Assembly: GCF_018977255.1 (NCBI RefSeq)
Contig: NW_024704743.1
Coordinates: 88,600,001-88,664,000 of the forward strand
Reading direction: 5' to 3'
DNA from: Callorhinchus milii
Taxonomy: Eukaryota
Length of the DNA: 64,000 nt
Shown: in pieces, positions 26,680-39,601 of the stretch
How the letters are laid out: the number at the start of each line of letters is the position of its first letter
Position numbering within the stretch: the first letter of the stretch is position 1
Made by a program: the position numbers and the translations under genes
The notes under the pieces: generated by a model
Database searches by the model: none
Seen by the model: the letters and a program-made list of their open reading frames with translations, nothing else
What the model was told of the DNA's origin: nothing

Positions 26680-29087
26680 GAAAGGCTGAACATGTTTGGA
26701 CTCTTCTCTTGAAAAGAGGAGGGTAAGGGGTGACCTGATAGAGGTCTTTAAAATTATGAAAGATTTTGATAGGGTAGACATAGGAAAGATGTTTGCACTC
26801 GTGGGGGAGACCAAAACCAGGGGCCATCAATATAAAATATTCACAAATAGATCAAGTAGGGCATTAGATAAGTTAGACGATATTTCTTCACACAGAGAGT
26901 ATTGGGAATGTGGAATATGCTACCACCACCACAACAACAACAACAACAACAACAAGATTCCATTTATAGAGCGCCTTTCATGTCGGGAGGACGTCCCAAG
27001 GTGCTGTACAGTTGGGTCAGGACCAGAGCATTGGGGGGAAATGGTCAGGGTGAGGGGAGGGAAGGGAGGGAGCGAGGAAGGGGTAGAGAGTCGAGAGGGG
27101 AGCTGAAGGCACGGTCAAAGAGAAAGGTCTTGAGACGGGCCTTGAAGGAGGAAAGGGAGGAAGCAGTGAAGGCACTGGGGGATGGAGTTCCAGAGCCGAG
27201 GGGCTGAGAGGCTGAAGGCCCGGCCACCGATGGTAGGGCGGTTGGAGCGGGGGATGTGGAGCAGACCGGAGCCGGAGGAACGGAGGGTACGGGCAGGTAA
27301 GTAAGGGGATAGTAGGTCGGAGAGGTAGGAGGGAGCAAGGCCGTGAATGGCCTTGTAGGTGAGGATGAGGATCTTGAATTCGATCCTCTGGAGGATGGGG
27401 AGCCAGTGGAGGCGAGCGAGGGTGGGAGTGATGTGGTCCCGAAGCCTGGTGCGGGACAGTACACGAGCTGCAGAGCTCTGAATGACCTGCAGCTTGTGGA
27501 GGGAGATGGCGGGAAGGCCGGCGAGGAGAGAGTTCCCATAGTCCAGCCTTGAGGTGATAAAGGCATGGACCAGGGTTTCAGCAGCGTGAGGGGTGAGGTA
27601 GTGCCGTAGTCTGGCGATGTTCCGGAGGTGATGGAAGGCAGTGCCAGTTGTGGCGCGGATATGAGAGAGAAAGGACAGCTCAGGGTCGAATAGAACGCCG
27701 AGGTTCCTGACTGACTTTGAGAGGTGGAGAGTGCAGCCTTGGATGCTGATGGTGTCAACGCCTGAGGTGCGGAGGCGCTGACGCGAGCCAATCAGGAGGG
27801 CCTCAGTTTTACGCACGTTGAGCTGAAGAAAGTTGTCTCTCGTCCAGGACTCAATGTCAGACAGGCAGACAGGTGGGAGGACAAGCGGTGGTGGAGGATA
27901 GCGTGGTCGACCGTATCGAATGCTTCCGATAGGTCGAGGAGGACGAGGAAACAGAGGGAGCCCTGATCGCAGATGGTCAGGATGTCATTGGTGACCTTGA
28001 CCAGGGCAGTTTCTGTGCTATGGGCAGCACTGAAACCCGACTGAAGGGGTTCGAATAATGAATGGGTGGAGAGGAAAGAGCGCAGCTGGGAGGCGACAAC
28101 TCTTTCAAGGACCTTGGACAGGAAGGGGAGGTTGGAGATGGGCCGGTAGCTTGATAGCTGCGACGCATCAAGGGAGGGTTTTTTCAAGGTGGGAGTGATG
28201 GTGGCAGTTTTTAAGGGAATGGGAACAGAGCCAGAGGAGAGGGACAGGTTGACGATGTCTGTGATATGTGGGGCAAGGAGGTGGAGCTGGGAGATAAGGA
28301 GTGGAGTGGGGATGGGGTCAAGGGAGCAGGTGGTGGGTTTCAGGGATAGGATGAGTTTGGTGACAGAGGGTGGGGAAACGGGTACGAAAGTGTGTAGGGG
28401 AGGATGGGTAGGAGTCGGAGTGTGGGAGGGAGGGGGTGGGGGGTGGGTGGAGTTGGAGGGGAAGTGACCGCGGAGCGGATTCCCTTGATTTTGGATTCAA
28501 GGAAATCCAGCATCTCCTCGCAGTGAAGGTTGGAGGAGATGACCTGCGCGGGGTGGCGGGGGGGACGGAGGAGTCGGGATGTGGTAGAAAACAGAAGCCT
28601 GGGGTTGTTCTTCGCCTCCAGGATTATCCTGGAGTAGAAGGACGACTTGGCCGAGGCTAGAGTGGAGCGGTAGATTTTGAGGAGGTCCAGCCAGATTTGT
28701 CGGTGGACCGTTTGGCCAGATTTGACGCAGGTGCGTTCAGCGGCCCGCATCTGGCTCTTCAGTGAGCGGAGGTGGGTGGTGAACCAGGGGGAGGAGCGAG
28801 AGTAGGAGACAGTAAGGGAGGTGATGCAGGCAAGTGTGTCGAGTGTGGAGGAGAGGGTGTTGTGGAGGAGGGTGAGAAGAGAAAAGGGGTCGTTGAGGCA
28901 AATAGCATAGATGTATTGAAATGAAAGCTAGATAGGTACATGAGAGAGAAAGGAATAGAAGGTTATGCTTGAAGGCTTAGTTGAGAAAGGGCAGGAAGGG
29001 ACGTATGTGGAGCATAAACACTGGCATAGACCAGTTGGGTCGAATGGCCTATTTCTGAGCTGTATATTCTAATGTATTCTAATGTAT
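26680..29087 (+). mobile_element. CR1 3' fragment split by the L2 (parts ~26680-26925 and ~28880-29087)
   Basis: SLEKRRVRGDLIEVFKIMK...TRGH, the CR1 ORF2 C-terminus; resumes ggtcgttgaggcaaatagc...; tail (attctaatgt)2. Confidence 0.85.
26931..28880 (-). mobile_element. Young L2, 5'-truncated and internally deleted, inserted in a CR1
   Basis: Well-preserved ORF2 segments (SYRPISNLPFLSKVLERVV; RLDYGNSLLAG; LHWLP); (TTG)n tail. Confidence 0.95.
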
Positions 29088-29983
29088 TAGCAATCAGCAA
29101 AGAGAATATGGCTATTTCACTCTCATCATCACCCATGGTGTTGAATTAGGATACAGTGTCCAGGCAAGACTGAATTTGGAAAATTCAATAGTGATTGGGA
29201 GTCATTGATGTTTTACCACATCACATCATTAAAACCAGATAGGATCGGAGGCATTTTAAAATACACGTTTTACAATAAAAATATCAATAGAATACTGCAA
29301 TGTGTATTTTTATATGAACATTTAGGTAGCCATTTCCAGCACTGGTGGTGAATCCATTCTCTTTTTGAATTCTCGCTAAGATCAATCCAAACAGATTGAC
29401 TTCAATGTCCTCATCCTTACATACAAATCCCTTCATGTCCTCGCACTTCCGAACCTCTCTGACCTGCTTGGACCTTACTCCTCTGCTCAGACAGAAAAAT
29501 GTTAGCTGATCAGAATGCTGTAACTGATTCAGAAGAACAAACCGCAAACATAACCCAAACAAGGTCACAGAAAAAGAATATTTTTACCTGTGGGCCACAC
29601 TGTGTGGGTGGATGAAGCCAGCAGAAGGATTTGCTCAGCTAACACAGGCCTGCTGCACGGCCTCCTCACCACTATTGACAGCTGTTTAAATCACACCTTA
29701 AGACCGTCCTCTTTTAAGACCTACCTCTTTTTAGACATACCTCTTCGACTGTACTTCCCTGTTTCTCTTGCTCAACATCCAACCTCACCACTGTGCAGCA
29801 CTCCGGGACTCTATCCTGCTTGAACGGCACTGGATTAATGCAAGTTGTTGTTGGTGTCATAGAACCTTTGACATCTGAAGGATGGCAGCTACAACATTGC
29901 ATTGCTCCCCCAGTTGAGAACCCGTTACATATCTGTACAGACTATGAGTGCAAGTCCCAATCTGTCCTTCAGATAAGGTATTT

Positions 29984-30301
29984 GTGGAGTCCTGTAGCTC
30001 AGTGGTTAGAGCACTCGCTTTGCAAGTGAGAGACCTGAGTTCAATTCCAGGCAGAGGGCGAAACCTTGGGCAAGTTTCCTTACTCCACACGCCTAATAAT
30101 AATCCCTCCAAAAAAACAAAACAATAATAAATTGGTCATTTTCAATCTACGACTGTTTGTGGGACATTGCTGTGCGCAATTGGCTGCCGCGTTCGCCCAC
30201 AAATATACAGTCAATTCACTTTACAGTGTGTTCTGTGAAGCGCTTTGGGACGTCCTCCCGACGTGAAAAGCGCTATATCAAATGCAAGGATTTATTATTA
30301 T
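29984..30301 (+). mobile_element. Young tRNA-derived SINE
   Basis: Near-identical to the 9266 copy. Confidence 0.92.
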
Positions 30302-32029
30302 AAAGTTGCCATTCACCTAGAGTTACAGTGAAGTTCTGATCTCACATAACTCATCATTTTCTCAATTTCCTGGTTATTTCCCATAAGAAATGTTAATTAT
30401 GAACCTCTGATAACTAGTCATCCTGTATATCTTATAACTAGTCAGTTTTTTGCAATCTTAAGACGGTGTTTCCATGTTACATACCTCTGATAACTCGTCA
30501 TTTTATTCGGTCTTCAAATCGGCGTAAGTAAATGTCAGGATACGCACCCCAATAACACCCCAATAACACTATAAGTAAAGCCATGTTATAATGAAATGAG
30601 TTGAAACTGGGTTTTACTTTAATTTCACTTGTCATACTACAGTCATGAAGTCTGACAGATACTGGCGACACATTGCTCACAACAGCTTTTAATTGCACAA
30701 CAGTGCCCTCTTCAGGACTAAGTTGTGTATAGTACTAAGCTTTGATGCTAAATAAACAGAAGCATAATCAGTTATAATTTGCCAGCTGTTTATCTGTAAC
30801 TTTTAAAACAACAACAAAATTACATTGGTATAGCAGAACTTCCAAATGAATACTTTTCTAAAATTGTGCACCATCTTTAATTTAAGTAGAATATCAGCAG
30901 GCTAAAACAGATTATGTAATGTAGAGGCGGATTTTGAATATTGCAGAGAAGACTCTGTACAGGATAATTCCATATGTCCAATGCTCCCACTGGCAGTAAT
31001 TAATATAATCTTTACATTGTGCATCTTGAGATTTTGTGTCCTCCACTAATGAGTCCTTTTTCTCAACAATACAAATGAGATGTTTCAGTGCTTGTGATAA
31101 GGTAAACTCATCTGTAGAAGTAAAATCCAGCAGGGTTGAGCTGATAATCTATGCTGACATCCCAGTGCAGGCTGGGGGAGCACAGCACCGTCCGAGGTCT
31201 CATCCTTCAGATGAGATGTTACTCAGAGTCCCATCCGCCTGTTTGGATGGAGATTAAAGATCCCACGGCACAATTCAAAAAGAGAAAGGAATTTCTTCTG
31301 GTGTTTCATTTTCCAGATCACTCTGTGAAAATTGGCTGCCGTATTCACCATCAAATACACAGTCACTACACTATCAAATGCAAGAATCATTATTATTACA
31401 TTAGAGTTCCCCCTCCCCCTCTCCCCCCCATCTCAGTGATGTTGGCACTTGGGAAGGCACCTACACGTTCATTGTGATAATATTGAATGCTTTTGTCAAT
31501 TGACCCCAGTCTGTAATCCTGGATTTTGGACTGTGTGAATTTGGGTTATCATTTGCGTATGATAGAAAGAGACTTACTGATACTTGATTCACAATGATGA
31601 ATTGTGGACATAAAACATTGTATCCGGGCAGTTACAAAACTTCATTGCATATTTTTGGCAACCAAGTTAGAGCGAGTTTCATGGTCAGGGGATATGGTAA
31701 CACTGATATCATTTATAAGACTAGGCAGGCAGCAGCTTCTGCCATTCAGGTTCTGGTCTTGTCTCTTTGGACAAGGTGACCTTTTCTGTTCAGACAATTA
31801 GTTTATTTTGTAAGGTAGTTTAGCTCTTGGAATGGGTTAGCTCTTGGTTAAGTCATTAATTTGTGATAGTCCTCTACAGCTCTGGAAACTTCTGAATGTA
31901 TCTTAACTTTTTTCATGTGATACAGTCCTTTGTGATCAGTAACATTAATTCAGTGCCAACAAGCATGCACGTACGTACCTCTTTTTTGCGAACTATGTAA
32001 CAATTATAAAGCTCCTTAAGCTTAATGGA

Positions 32030-32750
32030 TTGGGGGAGGGGGGGATGGGGTGTGGGGTGGCAAGGTGTGGAGGGCTTTGAAGGTGAGAACGAGGGTTTTG
32101 TATTCGATTCTCTGAGGGATGAGGAGCCAGTGAAGCCGGGCAAACACGGGAAGTTATTGGTTTGCGGAGCCTGGTGTGGGAGAAGACACGAGCTGCAGAG
32201 TTTTGAATAAGCTGCAGCTTGTGTAGGGAAGAGTTGGGAAGTCCAGTGAGCAGGCGGTTGGCGCAGTCAAGCTAGGACGTGATGAAAGAGTGGATCAGTG
32301 TCTCGGCGGCCTGTGGTGAGATGCAATGGCGGAGGCGGGCAATGTTGTGGAGGTGTGGAAAGGTGAAACGGGTCATAGCACGAATGTGGGGTTTGAAGGA
32401 TAGCTGAGGGTCGAAAAGGACACCAAGGTTTCGCATTGGCTTGGTGAGGTGAAGAGTGCAGTCATGAATGGTGATAATATCAGCGGATGACATGTGGAGG
32501 CATTGCATGGAGCAAATCAGGAGGGCCTCTGTCTTGCCAACATTGAGCTGGAGGAAGTTGGCTTGTCCAGAACTTGATGTCAGACAGATATGCCAGGACA
32601 TCAGCGATCCTGGAGTCAAGGATGGAGGCGGCGAGAGAGAGTTGGGTGTCATCCGCATACATGTGGAAATTGATCCCTTGCCTGCGGATGACATCACTGA
32701 GCGGGAACATGTATAGATTGAAGAGGAGGGGGACCGAGGACAGAGCCTTG
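32030..32750 (-). mobile_element. L2 fragment (RT C-terminal part)
   Basis: [23 protein letters not shown]. Confidence 0.88.
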
Positions 32751-33345
32751 ACAAAATTACATTTATAGAGCGCCTTTCACTTCGGGAGGACGTCCCAAAG
32801 CACTGAACAGTCAGGGGTCAGGACCCAAGTATGAGGGAGGGGTGGGGTAGGGGTGAGGGAAGGCAGAGAGGTGGGAGGGTGTCTGAAAGCACGATTGAAG
32901 AGGAGGATCTTGAGACCGGCCTTGAAGGAGGCGAGGGAGGAAGCGAGGCGAAGGGACTGTGGGATGGAGTTCCAGAGTGTGGGGGCAGAGAGGCTGAAAG
33001 CCTGGCCACCGATTGTAGAGCGGGTTGGGCGGGAGACACGGAGCAGGCCGGAGCCTGCTGAATGGAGGGAGCGGGCAGGTTGGCAGAGAGTCAGCAGGTC
33101 AGAGGGGTAGGAGGGGGCAAGGCCATGGATAGTCTTGAAAGAGAGGACAAGGATCTTAAATTCGATCTTCTGAGGGATGGGGAGCCAGTGGAGTCGGGTG
33201 AGGTTGGTAGTGATGGGGTCACGGAGCCTGGTGCACGAGAGTACATGAGCTGCAGAGTTTTGGATGATCTGCAGCTTGTGAAAGAAAGAACGTGGAAGTC
33301 CGATGAAGAGGGAGTTTCCATAATTGAGCCTTGATGTGACAGCCT
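32751..33345 (-). mobile_element. L2 3' end (second subfamily, like 13778)
   Basis: Tail and C-terminal ORF2 similar to 13790-14370. Confidence 0.88.
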
Positions 33346-33656
33346 TGATGTGACAATGTGGGAGCTAGAGGAGAAGCCATTGGTGGACATGAAGTGATGA
33401 TGGGGTGAGGCAGAGGGATTAAGGGAGAGAGGTTCTGGAAAGCAGGGGCAAAGTAACTGAAAACTCACCCACAGATGAGAATGAGGGTAGCCATGAAGCA
33501 TGCCAGAGTGGTGGAGATATGGATGTGGTGGGGGGGAGGAGAAGGATTGTAGGAGATTGAAAAGATAGGATAAGGCCCTGGATGCATTTGAAGACACGGA
33601 TGAGGCTCTTAAAGTTGGAGAATAGAGCTGGGGGTGACTGGCTCATCATTATGCCT

Positions 33657-34303
33657 TGTGGACAAATTTACTTGACACCACATTACTTTTAAATATAGGT
33701 TTTATTAACATTTAAACAGATCAGCTACACTGTATTCCTTATACAGATACACTAGGCAACAGAGAGAATCAAATCATATTACCCACTGCTCCTCCCTTTC
33801 ACTTTTAATGGTCACTTTCTTACTGGACGTAAATTCCCTCACCCCTGTACATATACATATATACAGTAGAATCAAAGTGCACTGACCTTCTACACAACTC
33901 CAACTATTCCAAAGTTACATCTTCCTTTTATGCGTTTCTATCTCCACCTCCCCTTGTCACAGAGATAGGCCCCACCCTTCGAAGGCTGCTTTGCACAGAG
34001 AGAGATATGGACAACTTCTGGGCAGCCTCCCACAGTCTGTTTGTTTCTCAGCCTTGAGATAGGCAGGTGTCTGAGGCTGCAGCCTTTTCTTTCTGTGGTT
34101 CATTGTTCATACATCTATGCTCAAGGACCCGATTGCTCATTATCTCAGAGGAGTGAACATCTTTCCAGAAAAATATGAAATGTAATCAGAAGCTAAACTC
34201 AATCCATCCAGCAAAGCTACTTTTAACCCTCAATTCTTCTGGAACATTCGGTTGCTGTTATCAATATACCAATGTATCCCGAGGTGATCGTCAGCATATT
34301 TCA
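33657..34303 (-). mobile_element. Possible solo LTR interrupting an old L2
   Basis: TG...CA ends, AATAAA on the minus strand near 33701, L2-like sequence on both flanks; no target-site duplication seen. Confidence 0.35.
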
Positions 34304-34354
34304 ACTGAGTGGGCTATAGAGTTCTGAAAGATTTGGAGCTTGTGGAGGGTAGAG

Positions 34355-35143
34355 TTGAGTGGGAGAAGTGTGAGGTCACCCACTATGGATCCAAAAATAG
34401 CAAAACAGAATATTTTCTGAATGGGGAGAAATTAAGAACTGCGGAGAATCAAAGGGATTTGGGGATCCACGTACATGTCACTAAAAACAAGCTCACAGAT
34501 ACAAAACTTTATCAAAAAGGTTAATGGGATCTTGGCCTTTATCTCAAGGGGTCTGGAATATAAAGGAGAGAAAATGATGCTTCAACTATATAGAGCCTTG
34601 GTCAGACAACATCTGGAGTACTGCGTTCAGTTTTAGGCACTGCAGCTCAGGAAGGATACATAGGCCCTCGAGGGGGTGTAACCAGAATGATACAAGGGCT
34701 TAAAGGGTTAAATTACGAGGACAGGTTGCCTAAACATGATCTCTATTTCCTTGAGCTTAGAAGGTTGAGGGGTGATCTGATTGTGGTTTTTAAAATAATA
34801 AAGGTATTCGAAAGAGTAGATACAAAGAAACTATTTTCTCTGTTGGGGGAATTCAGAACAAGGGGACATAATCTTAAAATTAGAGCTACGACATTTAGGA
34901 GTGAAGTTAGAAGGTCATTTTTGATTCGAAGGGTAGTGGAAATCCAAAACTCTCTCCCCCAAGGATGCTGGATCTATTCATATTTTCACGACGGAGGTTG
35001 ATAGGTATTTGTTAGGTCAGGGTATTAAGGGATATGGGGCAAGGGCAGGTAATTGGATGAGGTACAGATCAACCATGATCTTATAAAATGGTGGAACAGG
35101 CTCGAGGGGCTGAATGGCCTAATCCTGCTTCTAATTTTCTATG
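34355..35143 (+). mobile_element. CR1 3' fragment
   Basis: EKCEVTHYG, GLNYEDRL...LELRRLRGDLIVVFKII...TRGHNLKI; 3' UTR gaggggctgaatggcct. Confidence 0.9.
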
Positions 35144-35147
35144 AGTA

Positions 35148-35903
35148 GACAACAACAACAAGATTCCATTTATAGAGCGCCTTTCACGTCGGGAGGACGT
35201 CCCAAGGCGCTGTACAGTTGGGTCAGGACCCGAGCAGGGGGGAAATGGTCAGGGGGAGGGGAGGGAAGGGAGGGAGCGAGGAGGGGGTAGAGAGTCGAGA
35301 GGGGAGCTGAAGGCACGGTCAAAGAGAAAGGTCTTGAGACCGGCCTTGAAGGAAGAAAGGGAGGAAGCGGCGAAGGCACTGGGGGATGGAGTTCCAGAGC
35401 CTCGGGGCTGAGAGGCTGAAGGCCCGGCCACCGATAGTAGGGCGGTTGGGGCGGGGGATGTGGAGCAGACCGGAGCCAGAGGAACGGAGGGTACGGGCAG
35501 GTAAGTAGGGGGATAGTAGGTCGGAGAGGTAGGAGGGAGCAAGGCCATGAATGGCCTTGTAGGTGAGGATGAGGATCTTGAATTCGATCCTCTGGGGATG
35601 GGGAGCCAGTGGAGGTGAGCGAGGGTGGGAGTGATGTGGTCGCGAAGCCTGGTGCGGGACAGTACACGAGCTGCAGAGTTCTGAATGACCTGCAGCTTGT
35701 GGAGGGAGGTGGCGGGAAGGCCGGCGAGGAGAGAGTTCCCATAGTCCAGCCTTGAGGTGATAAAGGCGTGGACCAGAGTTTCAGCAGCGTGAGGGGTGAG
35801 GTAGTGCTGCAGTCTGGCGATATTCCGGAGGTGATGGAAGGCAGTGCCAGTTGTGGCACGATTATGAGGGAGAAAGGACAGCTCAGGGTCGAACAGAACA
35901 CCG
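35148..35903 (-). mobile_element. Young L2 3' fragment
   Basis: Near-identical to 26931-27700. Confidence 0.93.
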
Positions 35904-36249
35904 GAGACAGAGTGAAGATGCTGGAACTGGTAATGAGTATAATAATAATACTTAAATTTGGTTTATCGCCTTATCATGTCGACGAGTTGTCTCAAAGCGC
36001 TTTAGTAGGAGTGGAAACAGGAAAGTGCAGAAACACAGAGGTGAAGGGGGTACGGATGTTCGGAGTGGTCAACAGTGTCAAAAGAGGCAGAGACATCAAA
36101 GAGGCACAGGCAGTGTTGGTCATAGACAGAGGATCTCATTGGTGACTTTGACCCAGAGTTGCCTAAGTGCTGTGGGCAGGATAGAAGTAACTTTGGAGGG
36201 ACTCACACAGGGAATGGGTGGCAGAGGAAACAATGTAGCTGGGATATAT

Positions 36250-36552
36250 CATAATAATAACAATCCTTGCATTTGATACAGAGCCTTATCAAGTCTTCGA
36301 GATGTCTTAAAGTGCTTCACAGGATTACTGTAAAGTGTAGTGACTGTTTTTTGTGGATAAAACGCAGCAGCCAATTGTGCACAAGTGTCCCAAAAAACAG
36401 TTGTGGATTGAGTTACCACATTATTATTCTTTGGAAGGATTATTACTCCCAGAAAGCTATCCACCAATCAACTAATAAGAGGGTTCCTATTTACTGCTAG
36501 AAAAACAGAGATGTGTGTATGGAGTAAGGAAATTGGCCTAAGGTTTCGCCCT
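36250..36552 (-). mobile_element. tRNA-derived SINE, long form, truncated
   Basis: Reverse complement of the long-form body and tail. Confidence 0.78.
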
Positions 36553-37521
36553 GATTTAGTCAGGACTTAACTAATTTAATACCATGTACCAATTCAGTGA
36601 CCTTTTTGAGACTATAGGGAACATGGCTGGATGGAGGTGATTCGTGAAAGGAAGAGGAGCCTGGAGTGATTTTGGACTAGAGAGATATGTAGACGAGGTT
36701 AAGTTTTGGTATGGTACAGGCAGATTTAGGACTCATAGATCGGTTCTTGTCCATTTAAACAGTGTAACCAGCTTGTGATTGGTTTCTTTAAGCAATAAAA
36801 CTGAAAGTTTCTTCGCTTTTCAAATGGTATAACAGTCCTGTGCTGTGCCTCTTTAAACTTTTTAAAAATTATATATATATTTATTTGTAGTTTGTCGACA
36901 GAATATATATTTACACTTATCTCAAAAGAAACAAATCCTGTGACAGAATAAAGAAACGCAACATGTTATTATCCCGTTACAGGACGCAACGGACAACAAC
37001 AACTTGTGATTCTCACACAGCGTAGTGTCCCAGAACACTTGAGATTGATGGTATTATGTATCCCAGCTACAGTGATTCCTCTGCCACCCACTCCGCAGAC
37101 CCGACCCCTTTTGGCGGGGGTTGCCTCTGCGCCCTCCACTTTGGTGGAGGGACCGAGGCTTCCCCGCCTCAGGGTCCTGCCACCCTTTGCAGGGCGCAGG
37201 TACAAGCTTGTACACCCCTCCCTGTTGCTCCCCTCTTTGTGGGAAGTGCGGACAGGTTAACAAACACATAGTGTAACCTTTAAACAGAGTAACCAGTTTA
37301 CATTCTGTCTCTAAACAGTGCAAGTGGGCTGTGTTGCGTCTCTTTACACAGTCAGAGCCTTGGGACATCCTCCTGACATGAAAGACGCAAAACAAAATGT
37401 AATTCAAACAAACGATGTCAATTCACTTCGCAGCATAGTCTGTGAAGCGCTTGGAGACGTCTCGAAGACGTGAAAAAGACTATAACAAATGCAAGGATTA
37501 TTATTATTATCATTATAATAT

Positions 37522-37547
37522 TGTGTGTGTGTGTGTGTGTGTGTGTG
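37522..37547. repeat. (TG)n microsatellite
   Basis: Perfect TG run. Confidence 0.95.
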
Positions 37548-37849
37548 TATGGGGCTGAGCTCTGTTCACACAGTGTGAGCAGCCTATGCTCTTGTCTGCA
37601 AACAGTGTATGTGGGTTGTGCTGTGTGTGTGCAGAGTGTCTGTGGGCTGAGCTGTTTACAGTGTGAGCGGCCTGTGCTGTGCTGTGCTGTGTGTGTGCAG
37701 TGTATGTGGGCGGTGTTGGCTGACGTGCTTGTGGGGCTGTGGAGGGAGGGAGAGGGAGAGGCTTTGGTGTGGTTATTGCTGGCGGCTGTGAGGAGCTGCA
37801 GCCCGGAGCCCAGCACAGAGCCACAGCCCGGGGGGGGGAGCGGCACTGA

Positions 37850-37927
37850 GCCCTGCCCAGCACTGCCCTGCCAGCCCTGCCCTGCCAGCCCTGCCCTGCC
37901 CTGCCAGCCCTGCCCTGCCCTGCCCAG
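37850..37927. repeat. Imperfect (CCCTG)n/(CCAG) tandem repeat; G-rich on the minus strand
   Basis: ccctgccagccctgccctgccagccctgccctgccctg... Confidence 0.9.
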
Positions 37928-38040
37928 CACAGGGGGCTGCAGCCTCCACAAGCCCCACACACGCACCGCACCGCCTTTGCATCAGGGCCCCAGTCAGTCG
38001 CCGACCCATCTGATCTGCGGGAGCAGAGTGCGGGAGGTTG

Positions 38041-38074
38041 GCCGCCGCCGCTGCCGCCGCCGCTGCCGCTGCCG
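38041..38074. repeat. (GCC/GCT)n triplet repeat
   Basis: gccgccgccgctgccgccgccgctgccgctgccg. Confidence 0.9.
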
Positions 38075-38336
38075 TCTGCGTGTGGTGTGAAGAGGAAGGC
38101 GGCTGAGGATGGGGCAGGACGGGGCAGGATCCAGTCCGCCCTCCTCCTCCTCCGGCCTCAGCTGCTGTCCTCCCCGCATCCCCGCGGCGCATCCCCGCAC
38201 CGATTAACCCTTTGCACCCGCCCCCAACCCACCCTCCCCGGGAGGAGGGATCGCCCTCCATCCTCACCGAGGACCTCAGGCTCTCCACACGTAAGATCTC
38301 CTCTCCTCCAGTGCAAGGCTGCAGCTGCATCCAGGC

Positions 38337-38373
38337 TCCTCTCTCTTTCTCTCCTTTCTCTCTCTTCCTCCTT

Positions 38374-38410
<37 letters not shown>
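38337..38410. repeat. (CT)n / polypyrimidine tract
   Basis: Direct reading. Confidence 0.9.
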
Positions 38411-38411
<1 letters not shown>

Positions 38412-38516
38412 GCAGCCATGTAAAATCTCTGGCCACAGAAGCTCCAGCCTTGCATTTTCGCCGCAAAGCCACAGGATTGTTGATTTCCTTGCAGTTTCTG
38501 CTGCCCCCGCCTGACA

Positions 38517-38587
38517 GTTAGTTAGTTAGTTAGTTGGTTGGTTAGTGTAGTTAGTGTAGTTAGTTAGTTAGTGGAGTGAGTTAGTTA
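38517..38587. repeat. Imperfect (TTAG)n repeat
   Basis: gttagttagttagttagttggttggttagtgtagttag... Confidence 0.85.
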
Positions 38588-38791
38588 ATTGCACATCGCA
38601 CCACAGAAATGCATCGGTTTGCGAAGCTCCCGAGGTAACATTTACCGGTGAGTTTTGTTTCATTTTTTTTGGAAAACAAACCAAAAAAAGAAATTGGGGG
38701 AAAAAAAAGGGAAACGCTCTTTTCTGCCTCGTCTTCCAATTCCACCTTCCCCTCCCTCCCTCCCTCCCTCCCTCCCTGTCTGACTGACTGA

Positions 38792-39601
<810 letters not shown>

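Noticed and set aside
36209..37095. ~40-bp inverted repeat resembling transposon termini
   Set aside because: Both arms look like the same L2 RT segment in opposite orientations
37418..38521. Long Cys/Gly/Ala-rich ORFs on both strands
   Set aside because: Produced by low-complexity GC-rich repeats that lack stop codons
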